64,000 bases of DNA, taken from assembly GCA_031459235.1 (NCBI GenBank), contig JAVKIY010000002.1, positions 5,026 through 69,025 on the forward strand, read 5' to 3'. This DNA comes from Candidatus Fervidifonticultor tertius. GTDB lineage: Bacteria; Sysuimicrobiota; Sysuimicrobiia; Sysuimicrobiales; Humicultoraceae. The translations under genes were made by a program, and so were the position numbers. Below the pieces are notes generated by a model. That model was not told the origin of the DNA and did not search any database. It worked only from the letters and a program-made list of their open reading frames with translations. Of this stretch, positions 26,452 to 35,539 are shown one piece after another; the first letter of the stretch is position 1, and every line of letters starts with the position of its first letter.

Positions 26452-28132
26452 GCCCGTCGCCATCGAGCGGACGCGAGCGTGGGGCCGGCCCGCCGGCCCC
26501 ACGCTCGACCCGCTGCGCGTCCTCGAGGTCCTGACCGGGGCGTTCCTGATCGCGTTCCTCATCGTCCCCATCGGCGCCATCGTCGTGGACTCGGCCGCGC
26601 TGATCGCGCGCGGCGGCCTGTGGGAGTTTCCGGACTTCGTCGGCTATCTCGTGCGCCTCACCCGTAACTCGCTGGTGGTGGCCTCGATCGTCACGGTGAT
26701 CTGCGTCGCGGTGAGCCTGCCGCTCGCGGTGCTGGTCGGGCGGGTGCTGCCGGCGCAGCGGCTGCTGCCCGTCGCGCTCACGCTCCCCCTGCTGGCGCCG
26801 CCATTCGTGTACGCGTTCGCCACCATCATCCTGTTCGGGCGCGTGGGTGTCATCACCCAGCTCCTGGCGCCGTTGGGCATCCGTATGCCCGAGATCTACG
26901 GGTTGCCGGGGATTGTGGTCACACACGTGCTGCACTTGATCCCGCTCTCCTACCTGACGATCGCCGCCGGGCTGCGGACCGTGCCGAAGGCGATCGAGGA
27001 GTGCGCGATCTCGCTCGGCAGCACCCCGATGCAGGTCCTGGTCCGGATCGTCTTGCCGTATGTCTCCTCGTACGTCTACATGGCGTCGTTGCTCGTCTTC
27101 CTGGCGTCGTTCGGCGATGTGGGCGCGCCCTTGCTGGTCGGCGGCCAGTACCTGGTACTGCCCACCGAGGCGTTCACGCGGTTCACGAGCTTCATCGCGG
27201 ACCGGCGCGTGCCGGTGCTGCTGTCGAGCTGGATCGTCGCGATCTCGGTGGTGATCCTGGTCGTGGTGCGCGCGCTCATGCGGCGGACCGCGATCGTGCA
27301 CACCTTCGGGGTCGAGACCTATACCTATGCGCAGCCGTCGTGGCGGGTCGTCGGCGCGGTGTTCTGCTGGGGCATCGCCGCGGTGCTGTTCGTCCCCTAC
27401 CTGGTGATCTTCGTCTCCTCGCTGGCGACCGTGTGGGGCCCCGACCTGCTCCCGAAGGGCTACACCCTCAACCACTACCAGGCCCTGTGGCGGTCGGTGG
27501 AGCCGCTGCGCAACTCGCTGCTCGTCTCCGGGCTCGCCACGCCCATCGCCGTCATGCTGGCGGTGGTCATCGGCCGCATGATGCGGGACGGCGGCCGGCT
27601 CGGCGCCGCGTTGGACTACGTCACGCTGCTGCCGTTCGTCGTCTCGGGGGTGGTCGTGGGCATCGGGCTCGTCCGTGTCTACTCTCCGCTGGACACCCTC
27701 TCGCCCGTCGTGCCGCTGATCACCGGCCCCGCCCTGTTGGTGGTCGCGATGGTGAGTCGCCGCGTCTCGTATCCGATGCGCGTGCTCGCCGCCGCCTACA
27801 CGCGCATCGACCGCAGTCTGGAGGAGAGCTCGCTCAGCCTGGGGGCCTCGCCCGCGACGACGTTCTGGCGCATCACGCTGCCTCAGCTCGCGCCGGCGAT
27901 CGTCGCGGCGCTCATCATCACCTTCATCCAGATCATCAAGGAACTCGGCGCGACCCTGATCGTCTACCGGCCGGGATGGGTGACCCTGCCGGTGCAAATC
28001 TACGCCTACGCGCTGGAGGGCAACCTGGGCCGCGCCGGCGCCGTGTCCATGGTCCTGCTGGCCATCGTGGCGGCTGGCACCGCGGCCGCGGGCCTGTTGG
28101 GCCGGCGGACCCGGGGGGAGGTCGCGTCATGA
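26441..28132 (+). CDS. ABC transporter permease, duplicated two-module type
   Basis: 563-aa polytopic protein with two BPD-transporter modules, as in FbpB/ThiP-type permeases. Confidence 0.85.
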   Translation: MRAEPVAIERTRAWGRPAGPTLDPLRVLEVLTGAFLIAFLIVPIGAIVVDSAALIARGGLWEFPDFVGYLVRLTRNSLVVASIVTVICVAVSLPLAVLVGRVLPAQRLLPVALTLPLLAPPFVYAFATIILFGRVGVITQLLAPLGIRMPEIYGLPGIVVTHVLHLIPLSYLTIAAGLRTVPKAIEECAISLGSTPMQVLVRIVLPYVSSYVYMASLLVFLASFGDVGAPLLVGGQYLVLPTEAFTRFTSFIADRRVPVLLSSWIVAISVVILVVVRALMRRTAIVHTFGVETYTYAQPSWRVVGAVFCWGIAAVLFVPYLVIFVSSLATVWGPDLLPKGYTLNHYQALWRSVEPLRNSLLVSGLATPIAVMLAVVIGRMMRDGGRLGAALDYVTLLPFVVSGVVVGIGLVRVYSPLDTLSPVVPLITGPALLVVAMVSRRVSYPMRVLAAAYTRIDRSLEESSLSLGASPATTFWRITLPQLAPAIVAALIITFIQIIKELGATLIVYRPGWVTLPVQIYAYALEGNLGRAGAVSMVLLAIVAAGTAAAGLLGRRTRGEVAS

Positions 28133-29238
28133 CGAAGATCCGGCTGGCCGAGCTGAGCCGCGCGTTCGGCCCGGTGTGGGCCGTCCGCGGCGTCTCCCTG
28201 GAGGTGCGCGAGGGGGAGTTCTTCTCGCTGCTCGGCCCCTCGGGGTGCGGCAAGACCACGACGCTGCGCATGGTGGCCGGCCTCGAGCGTCCCACCGCCG
28301 GGCACATCTACTTCGGCGACGACGATGTCACGCACACCCCCCCGCAGCACCGCAACGTGGGGCTGGTGTTCCAGAGCTACGCCGTGTTCCCGACGATGTC
28401 GGTCGCCGACAACGTGGCGTACGGGCTGCGCATCCGCAGGGTGCCCGGCGCGGAGATACGTCGGCGCGTGGCCCAGATGCTCGAGATCGTAGGGCTCGGG
28501 GCCCTCGGCGCCCGCATGCCCGGCCAGCTCAGCGGCGGTCAGCTCCAGCGGGTCGCGCTCGCGCGGGCACTGGCCATCCAGCCGCGTGTCCTGCTCCTGG
28601 ATGAGCCGCTCTCGAATCTCGACGCCAAGCTCCGGGTCGAGGTGCGCGCCGAGATCCGACGCCTGCAGCGTGAGCTCGAGATCACCACGCTCTACGTTAC
28701 CCACGACCAGGAGGAGGCGCTGTCGATGTCCGACCGTATCGGCGTCATGCACGCCGGCCGGCTGGATCAGGTCGGCGTGCCCGACGAGATCTATCGCCGT
28801 CCGGCGACGCGGTTCGTCGCGCGGTTCGTGGGCGAGGGTACCCTGCTGGACGGGGTGCTCGTCCGCGACGGCGCCCGCGCACGTGTCGCGGTCGGTGGGT
28901 TCGAGGTGCCGGTCGGCGAAGTGTCTGCGCCGCGCGCCGGAGCGGTCTGGGTGTGCATCCGGCCCGAGGGGGTGCGGCTCCTGGACAGGACCGCGGCCGG
29001 CGGTATCGGCGGAATCGTCGAGTACGTGGAGTTTGTAGGCCCGTCGCTGCGCGCCGACGTGCGCGTCCCCGGCCTGCCTAGACTGTTGCGGCTCGCGGGG
29101 TCGTCGGTGGATCTGGCCGGCCGCGTGCGCACGGGCGACGCGGTTCGCCTGGCGGTGGATCCGGCCGGGGTCGCGGTGGGCCCGGCGGAAGCGCCGGAGG
29201 CCGAGCCGGTCGCCGCGGGTGGCGGCGCGCGAGCGTGA
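28129..29238 (+). CDS. ABC transporter ATP-binding protein (PotA/FbpC-like with C-terminal TOBE-type domain)
   Basis: Trimmed to ATG 28129 (ATGA overlap). Walker A GPSGCGKTT, signature LSGGQLQRV, Walker B LLLDEP. Confidence 0.85.
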   Translation: MTKIRLAELSRAFGPVWAVRGVSLEVREGEFFSLLGPSGCGKTTTLRMVAGLERPTAGHIYFGDDDVTHTPPQHRNVGLVFQSYAVFPTMSVADNVAYGLRIRRVPGAEIRRRVAQMLEIVGLGALGARMPGQLSGGQLQRVALARALAIQPRVLLLDEPLSNLDAKLRVEVRAEIRRLQRELEITTLYVTHDQEEALSMSDRIGVMHAGRLDQVGVPDEIYRRPATRFVARFVGEGTLLDGVLVRDGARARVAVGGFEVPVGEVSAPRAGAVWVCIRPEGVRLLDRTAAGGIGGIVEYVEFVGPSLRADVRVPGLPRLLRLAGSSVDLAGRVRTGDAVRLAVDPAGVAVGPAEAPEAEPVAAGGGARA

Positions 29239-29987
29239 CCACCGCCGGCGCCATCCGCGCGGTGCTGTTCGACTTCCACGAGACACTGATCTCCGCGGAC
29301 CGCTGGTTTGCGATGGAGATCGGCGGCATCGCGGTCGAGATGCTCCAGCACCTGGGGCTGTGGGCCGGCGCACCGCCCGAGGAGGACCGACGCCGGATCG
29401 AGGCCGCCTTCGCGCGGCTGCGCGCGGTCATCAACGGCGCCGGCGTGGAGTACTCGGCGCAGGAGATCGGCCGCCGGATGTTGCGCGCCGTCGGCCGGGA
29501 CGGCGTGTCGGTCGAGGCGCTCGACGCCGCAGCCGCGCGGCTGTTCCGCGCCTACCTCGCCGACGTCACGGTGAAGCCCGGCGCCGCGCGCGCGCTCGAC
29601 GCGCTGGCGGTCGCGGGACTGCGCCTGGGCATCGTGTCGAACGTCGCCTATGGGCCGTTCATCGCCTGGGCGCTTGAGGCGCACGGGCTGCGCGAGCGCT
29701 TCCACGCGATCGTGGCCTCCGCCGAGGTCGGCCTGCGCAAGCCGCGGCGCGAGATCTTCGCAGCCGGCCTCGAGGCCGTGGGCGTGGCGGCGGCCGAGGC
29801 GGTCTACGTCGGCAACGACTACCTCAAGGACGTCGTGGGGGCGAAGCTCGCCGGGATGCGGGCGATCTGGATGCCCGACGCCGGGGCCGCAGACTACCGA
29901 CCGGACACGGCCATCCACCCCGACGCCGTGGTCGGGGGACTCGACGAGGTGCCGGCCGTCCTGGCCGCGTGGGCGGGCGCGGCGTGA
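29235..29987 (+). CDS. HAD superfamily hydrolase, non-canonical motif I
   Basis: GTGA overlap start. Motif I reads LFDFHET (29271-29285), so the Asp+2 general acid is replaced by His. Motif II is GIVSN, motif III is RKP, motif IV is VGNDYLKDVVG. Confidence 0.7.
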   Translation: MTTAGAIRAVLFDFHETLISADRWFAMEIGGIAVEMLQHLGLWAGAPPEEDRRRIEAAFARLRAVINGAGVEYSAQEIGRRMLRAVGRDGVSVEALDAAAARLFRAYLADVTVKPGAARALDALAVAGLRLGIVSNVAYGPFIAWALEAHGLRERFHAIVASAEVGLRKPRREIFAAGLEAVGVAAAEAVYVGNDYLKDVVGAKLAGMRAIWMPDAGAADYRPDTAIHPDAVVGGLDEVPAVLAAWAGAA

Positions 29988-32140
29988 TCGCCCCCGAGGT
30001 GCGCCGGCTGCTGCTCGGCGAGGGACGGTTCCTCGACGACCTGACCGTCGACGGCGCGCTGCACGCCCGCTTCGTGCGTAGCCCGCACGCGCACGCGGCC
30101 GTGCGCGCGGTCGACGCCGCCGGCGCTCTGGCCCTGCCCGGTGTGGTGGCCGTGTTGACCGGCGCCGACCTCGGGTCGGTCAATGCGCCGCTGCCCCTGC
30201 GCTTCGGCCACCCCGGTCTATGCGCCCCCCAGCTCCCCCGGCCACTCGCCACGGAGGTGGTCCGTCACGTGGGCGAACCGGTCGCGGTCGTCCTCGCCGG
30301 GTCGCGGTACGCGGCCGCGGACGCGGTGGACCACGTGGTCGTGGACTACGCGGCGCTGCCTGCGGTCGCCTCCGTGGACGCCGCGCTGGCCCCCGGCGCG
30401 CCGCGGGTGCACGCCGTCCTGGAGGACAACGTCGCCGGCACCTACCGGTGGCGGGTGGGCGATCCCGACGCCGCGTTCGACGGGGCGCCCGTGCGGTTCG
30501 CCGTGCGCCTGACCATCAGCCGCGGCGCGGCGGTGCCCATCGAGACGCGGGGCATCCTGGCCGTCCCCGACGACGGCGGCCTCCGCGTCTACGCGTCTAC
30601 GCAGAGCCCCCATTACCTCAGGCGCACGCTGGCCCGTGTGCTCGGGTTGCCGGAGGCCGCCATCCGGGTAACCGCGCCCGACGTGGGCGGCGCCTTCGGC
30701 TCCAAGGGCGGCCTGCCTCGCGAGTACGCCGTGGTGGCCGCGGCGGCGCTGCGGCTCGGGCGCCCCGTCCGGTGGGTCGAGGAGCGGCGCGAGTCGTTCG
30801 TTGCCTGCCACCAGGACCGCGACCAGGTCCACGAGGTCGAGGTCGCCGCCACGCGCGCCGGCGAGCTGCTGGCCCTGCGCGACCGGTTCGTGCTCGACCT
30901 CGGCGCGTACGCGTCCTACGAGCACCTGCTCGGCATCCACACCGTGAACCATCTGATCGGGCCCTATCGGCTGCCGCACTTGGAGGTGGATTTGCGGTCG
31001 GTCTACACGCACCGCGTGCCCACCGGCGCGTACCGGGGCGCGGGGCGCCCCCAGGGCACCTTCGTCATCGAGCGCGTCATGGACCACCTGGCGCGCGCGG
31101 TGGGCGCCGATCCGGCGGTCGTGCGGGCGCGCAACCTGATCGCGCCCGAGGCCATGCCCTACGACACCGGGCTGCGCGCGCCCGGCGGGCACGAGGTCCG
31201 CTACGACAGCGGTGACTTCCCGGCGGTGCTGCGCACCGCGCTCGACCGTTTCGGCTACGAGGCCTGGCGCGAGCAGCAGCGGCGCCGGCGCGCGCAGGAT
31301 GGCGTGCGCCTGGGCCTGGGCGTCGCCCTCTACGTCGAGGAGACCGCCTCGCACGGTCACGAGACCGTGACCCTGCGGCTGGAACCCTCCGGGACCGCCA
31401 CGCTCTCCGCGGGGCCGCCTGCGGCCGGGCAGGGTCTGGCGCCGCTGCTGGCGCAGATCGTCGCGCGCGAGGTCGGGATCGCGCCGTCGGCGGTCACGGT
31501 GGCCAGCGGGGACACCGCCGCGGTGGACGAGAGCTTCGGGACGTTCGGGAGTCGGGTGGCGACCATGCTCGGCAACGCCACCGCGCTCGCCGCCCGAGAG
31601 CTGGCCGCGCGGCTGCGCGCCGGCGCGCGCGACGGCCCGATCGAGGTACGCGCGGCGTTCGCGCCCTCGGGCGCCGCGTGGTCCAGTGGCGCGCACGTGG
31701 CCGCGGTCGAGGTGGACCCCCAAGCCGGCACGGTGCGCGTGGTCCGCTACCTCATTGTGCACGACTCGGGCGCGGTGCTCGACGAGGCCGCGGTCCGGCG
31801 CCAGATCCTGGGCGCCGCGGTGCAGGCCATCGGCGGCGCGCTGGCCGAGCGCCTGGTCTACGACGGCGACGGGCAGCCGCTGGTGACCACGCTGGCCGAC
31901 TACGCGGTGCCGCGCGCTACCGACGTCCCGCCGATCGAGGTCGTGCGCCTGGAGACGCCGTCACCGCATAACCCGCTGGGTCTCAAAGGCGCCGGGGAGA
32001 GCGGCATCATGCCCGCCTACGCCGCGCTCGCCGCGGCGGTCGAGGACGCCGTGGACGACCCGGCGGTGACCGTGGATGCCTTGCCGGTCTCCTCGCAGGA
32101 CGTGTGGCGGTGGCTGGCGAGGGCGAGGGGGCCCGCCTGA
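29984..32140 (+). CDS. molybdopterin-binding large subunit, form II CoxL-like (paralogue 2)
   Basis: Start set at GTG 29984 (GTGA overlap). Active-site loop AYRGAGR (31028-31048). Blocks GGAFGSKG and the C-terminal GAGESGI. Confidence 0.85.
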   Translation: MIAPEVRRLLLGEGRFLDDLTVDGALHARFVRSPHAHAAVRAVDAAGALALPGVVAVLTGADLGSVNAPLPLRFGHPGLCAPQLPRPLATEVVRHVGEPVAVVLAGSRYAAADAVDHVVVDYAALPAVASVDAALAPGAPRVHAVLEDNVAGTYRWRVGDPDAAFDGAPVRFAVRLTISRGAAVPIETRGILAVPDDGGLRVYASTQSPHYLRRTLARVLGLPEAAIRVTAPDVGGAFGSKGGLPREYAVVAAAALRLGRPVRWVEERRESFVACHQDRDQVHEVEVAATRAGELLALRDRFVLDLGAYASYEHLLGIHTVNHLIGPYRLPHLEVDLRSVYTHRVPTGAYRGAGRPQGTFVIERVMDHLARAVGADPAVVRARNLIAPEAMPYDTGLRAPGGHEVRYDSGDFPAVLRTALDRFGYEAWREQQRRRRAQDGVRLGLGVALYVEETASHGHETVTLRLEPSGTATLSAGPPAAGQGLAPLLAQIVAREVGIAPSAVTVASGDTAAVDESFGTFGSRVATMLGNATALAARELAARLRAGARDGPIEVRAAFAPSGAAWSSGAHVAAVEVDPQAGTVRVVRYLIVHDSGAVLDEAAVRRQILGAAVQAIGGALAERLVYDGDGQPLVTTLADYAVPRATDVPPIEVVRLETPSPHNPLGLKGAGESGIMPAYAALAAAVEDAVDDPAVTVDALPVSSQDVWRWLARARGPA

Positions 32141-32147
32141 GCGCCGC

Positions 32148-32840
32148 CTAGACGCCGAGCAACTCGGCCTTGCGGGCTTCGTCCGCCCACAGCGCCGCGG
32201 GCGAGCCGTCGTAGACCACGCGCCCCTTGCTCAGGACGTAGGCGTGGTCGGCGAGCCCGACCGCCATGGGGAGGTTCTGCTCCACCAGGAGGATCGCCAT
32301 CCCCTGGGCCCGCAGCTGCCCCAGTGCCCTGGCGACCTCGGCGACCAGCAGCGGGGCCAGGCCCTCCGAGGGTTCGTCCAGCAGCAGCAGGTCGGGGTTG
32401 GTCATCAGCGCGCGGGCGATGGCGAGCATCTGCTGCTCGCCGCCGGAGAGCTGGTGCCCGCGGTTGGCCGCGCGCTCGTGGAGTCGCGGGAAGAGGGCGT
32501 AGACCCCGTCGAGGTCCCATCGCCCCGGCCTCGCCGCCACCCGCAGGTTTTCCTGCACGCTGAGCGAGGGGAAGATACGCCGGCCCTGCGGCACCAGGCC
32601 GATGCCCAGCCGCGCAATGGCGAAGGGCCGCAGTCCGTGGATCGGCGCTCCCCGGAAGCTGACCGTGCCGCGTCGCGGCGGGGTGAACCCCACGATGGAC
32701 CGGATGAGCGTGGTCTTGCCCATGCCGTTGCGGCCCAGAACGGTGATCACCTGCCCGGCTGCCACGCGCAGGGACACCCCGTGCAGCACATGGCTGCTTC
32801 CGTAGAAGGTGTGGATGTCGCTGACCTCGAGCACCGTCAC
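32148..32840 (-). CDS. livF: branched-chain amino acid-type ABC transporter ATP-binding protein (LivF-like)
   Basis: Trimmed to GTG 32840 (GTGA overlap with livG). Walker A GRNGMGKTT, signature LSGGEQQML, Walker B LLLDEP. Confidence 0.85.
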   Translation of the reverse strand: MTVLEVSDIHTFYGSSHVLHGVSLRVAAGQVITVLGRNGMGKTTLIRSIVGFTPPRRGTVSFRGAPIHGLRPFAIARLGIGLVPQGRRIFPSLSVQENLRVAARPGRWDLDGVYALFPRLHERAANRGHQLSGGEQQMLAIARALMTNPDLLLLDEPSEGLAPLLVAEVARALGQLRAQGMAILLVEQNLPMAVGLADHAYVLSKGRVVYDGSPAALWADEARKAELLGV

Positions 32841-33580
32841 GCGCTCCCCAGGTAGATTTCCTGGACGCGGGGGTTCCGACGTACCGCCTCCGGGGTGTCC
32901 TCCGCGAGGATTCGTCCCTGGTGCATTACGACCATTCGGTCGGCCAAATCGAAGGCCACGCCCATGTCGTGCTCGATCAGCAGCACCGTGATCGTCCGCG
33001 GCAACCCCTGGAGCAGCGCGTGCACGATGCGCGTCTCGGCCGCCGACAGCCCGGACGTCGGCTCGTCCAGCAGGAGCACGGTCGGGCCGGGCGCCATGGC
33101 CAGGGCGATCTCGACCTGCCGCTGCTCGCCGTAGGAGAGTTCCGCGACCGGATCGTCGCGCCGCTCCCACAACCCCAGCGGTGCCAGCAGCGCCTGCGCC
33201 CGGTCGAGGGGATCGCGATAGGCGGCTAGCGGCCACCAGGCCACGTACCGCATCGGGCGGAGCGCCACCACCGCAAGCAGGGTGTTCTCCAGCACCGACA
33301 GGCGCGGGAACAGATTCGTGAGCTGGTAGGTCCGGCCCAGCCCGAGCGCGGCGCGGCGGTGCGGGGGCATGCGGGTCACGTCTCGGCCCAGCAGTTCGAT
33401 CCGTCCCCCGGTCGGCGCTAACTCACCGCTGATGAGATTGAACAGCGTCGTCTTCCCCGCGCCGTTGGGGCCGATGATGGCGATGCGCTCGCCGGCCGAG
33501 GCGGTCAGGCTGAAGTCGACGACCGCCTGCAGTCCGCCGAACCGGCGCGCCACGCGCTCCAGGCGCAGCCGGATGCTCAC
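32837..33580 (-). CDS. livG: branched-chain amino acid-type ABC transporter ATP-binding protein (LivG-like)
   Basis: Trimmed to GTG 33580 (GTGA overlap). Walker A GPNGAGKTT, signature LSYGEQRQV, Walker B LLLDEP. Confidence 0.85.
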   Translation of the reverse strand: MSIRLRLERVARRFGGLQAVVDFSLTASAGERIAIIGPNGAGKTTLFNLISGELAPTGGRIELLGRDVTRMPPHRRAALGLGRTYQLTNLFPRLSVLENTLLAVVALRPMRYVAWWPLAAYRDPLDRAQALLAPLGLWERRDDPVAELSYGEQRQVEIALAMAPGPTVLLLDEPTSGLSAAETRIVHALLQGLPRTITVLLIEHDMGVAFDLADRMVVMHQGRILAEDTPEAVRRNPRVQEIYLGSA

Positions 33581-34596
33581 CGGCCCCACCCGTTCCGATC
33601 GCCGGCCGTCGGCAGCACCGCGGGTGTCGCGACGCGCTCCTCGGGCCGACCCGCGCGCCGCCGACGAATCTGCGTCACCAGGCCGGCCAGCCCCGAGGGC
33701 TGGTAGAGCACGACCACGATGTAGAGCAGGCCGAGCACCGACATCCATCGCTGCGTGACGCTGCTCAGCAGGTTCTGCATGAAGACCAGCAGGGTCGCGC
33801 CGGCCGCGGGCCCCCAGAATGAGCCGGCGCCGCCGATGATGACCATGAGCGCCACCTGCGCGGAGACCGCGATCTGCATGTTCTGGTGGCTGACGAAGCC
33901 GTTGTAGTAGACGTAGAGCACCCCGGCCACCGACGCGAAGAACGCGGAGACCACGAACGCCGCGTACGCGTATCCCCAGACCGGATAGCCGAGGGTCCGC
34001 ATGCGCGAGGGGCTCTCGCGGATGCCCCGGAGCGCGTGGCCGAACGGCGATGCCACGACGAGCGCCAGCAATGCCACGCAGATGCCGGCGATGAGCAGCG
34101 CGAACAGGTAGTAGCCGCGCACGTCCGCCAGCGGCCACCCCAGCCAGAGGTCCGGCCGCGTGATGCCCGGCAGGCCGTTGTCGCCGCCGGTCATGCTCAC
34201 CCAGCGGAGGGTCAGGCCCCAGGTGACCTGTCCGAGGGCCAGAGTGATCAGCAGGAAGTAGACCCCGCGCGAGCCCGCCACCAGGATTCCGTACGCCGCG
34301 CCGAGCAGGGTGCCGACGGCGATCCCCGCGGCCGCCGCCGGCCAGAACGGGACGCCGTAGCGGAGCGAGAGGATGCCGGCCGCGTAGGCCGCGGCGCCGA
34401 AGAACGCCGCGTGCCCGAAGCTTGTGAGCCCAGCATACCCCATGAGCAGGTTCAGGCTCATGGCGAGCAGGCTGTAGACAAGCGCGAGCACCGCCAGGTT
34501 GACGTAGTACGTCGGCGCCGCGACGACGACCAGCAGCGCGGCCACGACGAGCGCGCCCAGGACCGGCCACGCGCGACGCGTCGCCGGCCTGCTCAC
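33577..34596 (-). CDS. livM: branched-chain amino acid-type ABC transporter permease (LivM-like)
   Basis: Trimmed to GTG 34596 (GTGA overlap with the livH stop). Polytopic, with the LivM-type GYAGLTSFGHAAFFG block. Confidence 0.8.
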   Translation of the reverse strand: MSRPATRRAWPVLGALVVAALLVVVAAPTYYVNLAVLALVYSLLAMSLNLLMGYAGLTSFGHAAFFGAAAYAAGILSLRYGVPFWPAAAAGIAVGTLLGAAYGILVAGSRGVYFLLITLALGQVTWGLTLRWVSMTGGDNGLPGITRPDLWLGWPLADVRGYYLFALLIAGICVALLALVVASPFGHALRGIRESPSRMRTLGYPVWGYAYAAFVVSAFFASVAGVLYVYYNGFVSHQNMQIAVSAQVALMVIIGGAGSFWGPAAGATLLVFMQNLLSSVTQRWMSVLGLLYIVVVLYQPSGLAGLVTQIRRRRAGRPEERVATPAVLPTAGDRNGWGR

Positions 34597-35441
34597 CGTC
34601 CGAAGAGGCCCCGCGGCCTCACCGCCAGGATCAGCGCCATTGGGGCGAAGAACGCGATGTACGACAGCTCGGGGAAGAGCGCCTTGCCGATATTGTCGGC
34701 GAGCCCCACGAACAGGCTGCCGACCAGCGTCCCCGGGAAGCTGCCGAGCCCGCCGATGATCACCACAGCCAGCGCGAGCGTGAGGATCTCCAGGTCCGCG
34801 CCGGGGAAGACGCCCAGGATCGGGCTCCCCAGCACGCCGGCCAGGCCGGCGAGCGCAGCGCCGAGCGCGAACATCGCCGTGGAGAGGCGCGGCACGTTGA
34901 CGCCCAGTCCCTGTGCCATCTCCGGGTCGTCCACCGCCGCGCGCACCTGCGCGCCCAGGCGGGTGCGCTCCAGGACCAGGTACAGCGCCAGCGCCACCAG
35001 CGCGCTGAGGAGCGAGATGAACAGGCGGTAGCGGGGGAAGACGAACCCGCCGGCGCGCACGCTGCCGCTCAGGGCATCGGGGATCGCCAAAATCTGCGGC
35101 GTCCCGCCCCAGACCCACAGGGAGAGGTCCGCCAGCAGCAGCAGGAAGCCCATCGTGAGCAGGACCTGAGCCAGGATCTGGCCCCCGAAGCGCTCGAGAA
35201 ACGCGGTCTGCATCACGACGCCCAGCAGCATCGTCGCGACCACGCCGGCGGCGATGCCGAGGAGGAAGCTGTTCGTGGCGGCCGCGACGCCCGTGCCCAG
35301 ATAGGCTCCGATCAGGTAGTACGAGCCGTGCGCCAGGTTGACCACGCGCATCACGCCGAAGATGAGCGACAGCCCGCTGCCGATAAGGAACAGCAGCATG
35401 CCGAAGGCGACGCCGTTTGCCACCAGCGTGATCCAGAACAC
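34593..35441 (-). CDS. livH: branched-chain amino acid-type ABC transporter permease (LivH-like)
   Basis: 282-aa polytopic protein with LivH-type blocks (VVNLAHGSYYLIGAY, GGLGSFPG). Confidence 0.85.
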   Translation of the reverse strand: MFWITLVANGVAFGMLLFLIGSGLSLIFGVMRVVNLAHGSYYLIGAYLGTGVAAATNSFLLGIAAGVVATMLLGVVMQTAFLERFGGQILAQVLLTMGFLLLLADLSLWVWGGTPQILAIPDALSGSVRAGGFVFPRYRLFISLLSALVALALYLVLERTRLGAQVRAAVDDPEMAQGLGVNVPRLSTAMFALGAALAGLAGVLGSPILGVFPGADLEILTLALAVVIIGGLGSFPGTLVGSLFVGLADNIGKALFPELSYIAFFAPMALILAVRPRGLFGR

Positions 35442-35488
35442 GGGGAGCCTACCGGGGCCGTCTCATCACGCCGCGGCGCGCCCTCCGA

Positions 35489-35519
35489 GGCCCGGGAGGC
35501 CGCGCCGCGCTCCCGGGCC
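35489..35519 (-). other. intercistronic GC hairpin between the SBP and permease genes
   Basis: Perfect 10-bp inverted repeat GGCCCGGGAG (35489-35498) / CTCCCGGGCC (35510-35519) with an 11-nt loop, in the 98-nt gap after the livK-like stop. Confidence 0.5.
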
Positions 35520-35539
35520 CCGACGCGCCCGGCGGTCCT

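Noticed and set aside
15714-29987. Reading the GntR, class V aminotransferase, FbpA/PhnS-like ABC importer and HAD hydrolase as a 2-aminoethylphosphonate (phnRSTUVWX-like) pathway.
   Set aside because: The HAD protein has no Lys in its first 112 or so residues, so it lacks the cap-domain Schiff-base Lys of phosphonatase PhnX. The genes are interspersed with many others unrelated to phosphonate catabolism. At best this is a weak analogy.
29984-32140. Calling Mo-hydroxylase paralogue 2 a carbon monoxide dehydrogenase.
   Set aside because: The active-site loop is AYRGAGR, not the AYRCSFR of form I CODH. No coxM, coxS or accessory cox genes are present.
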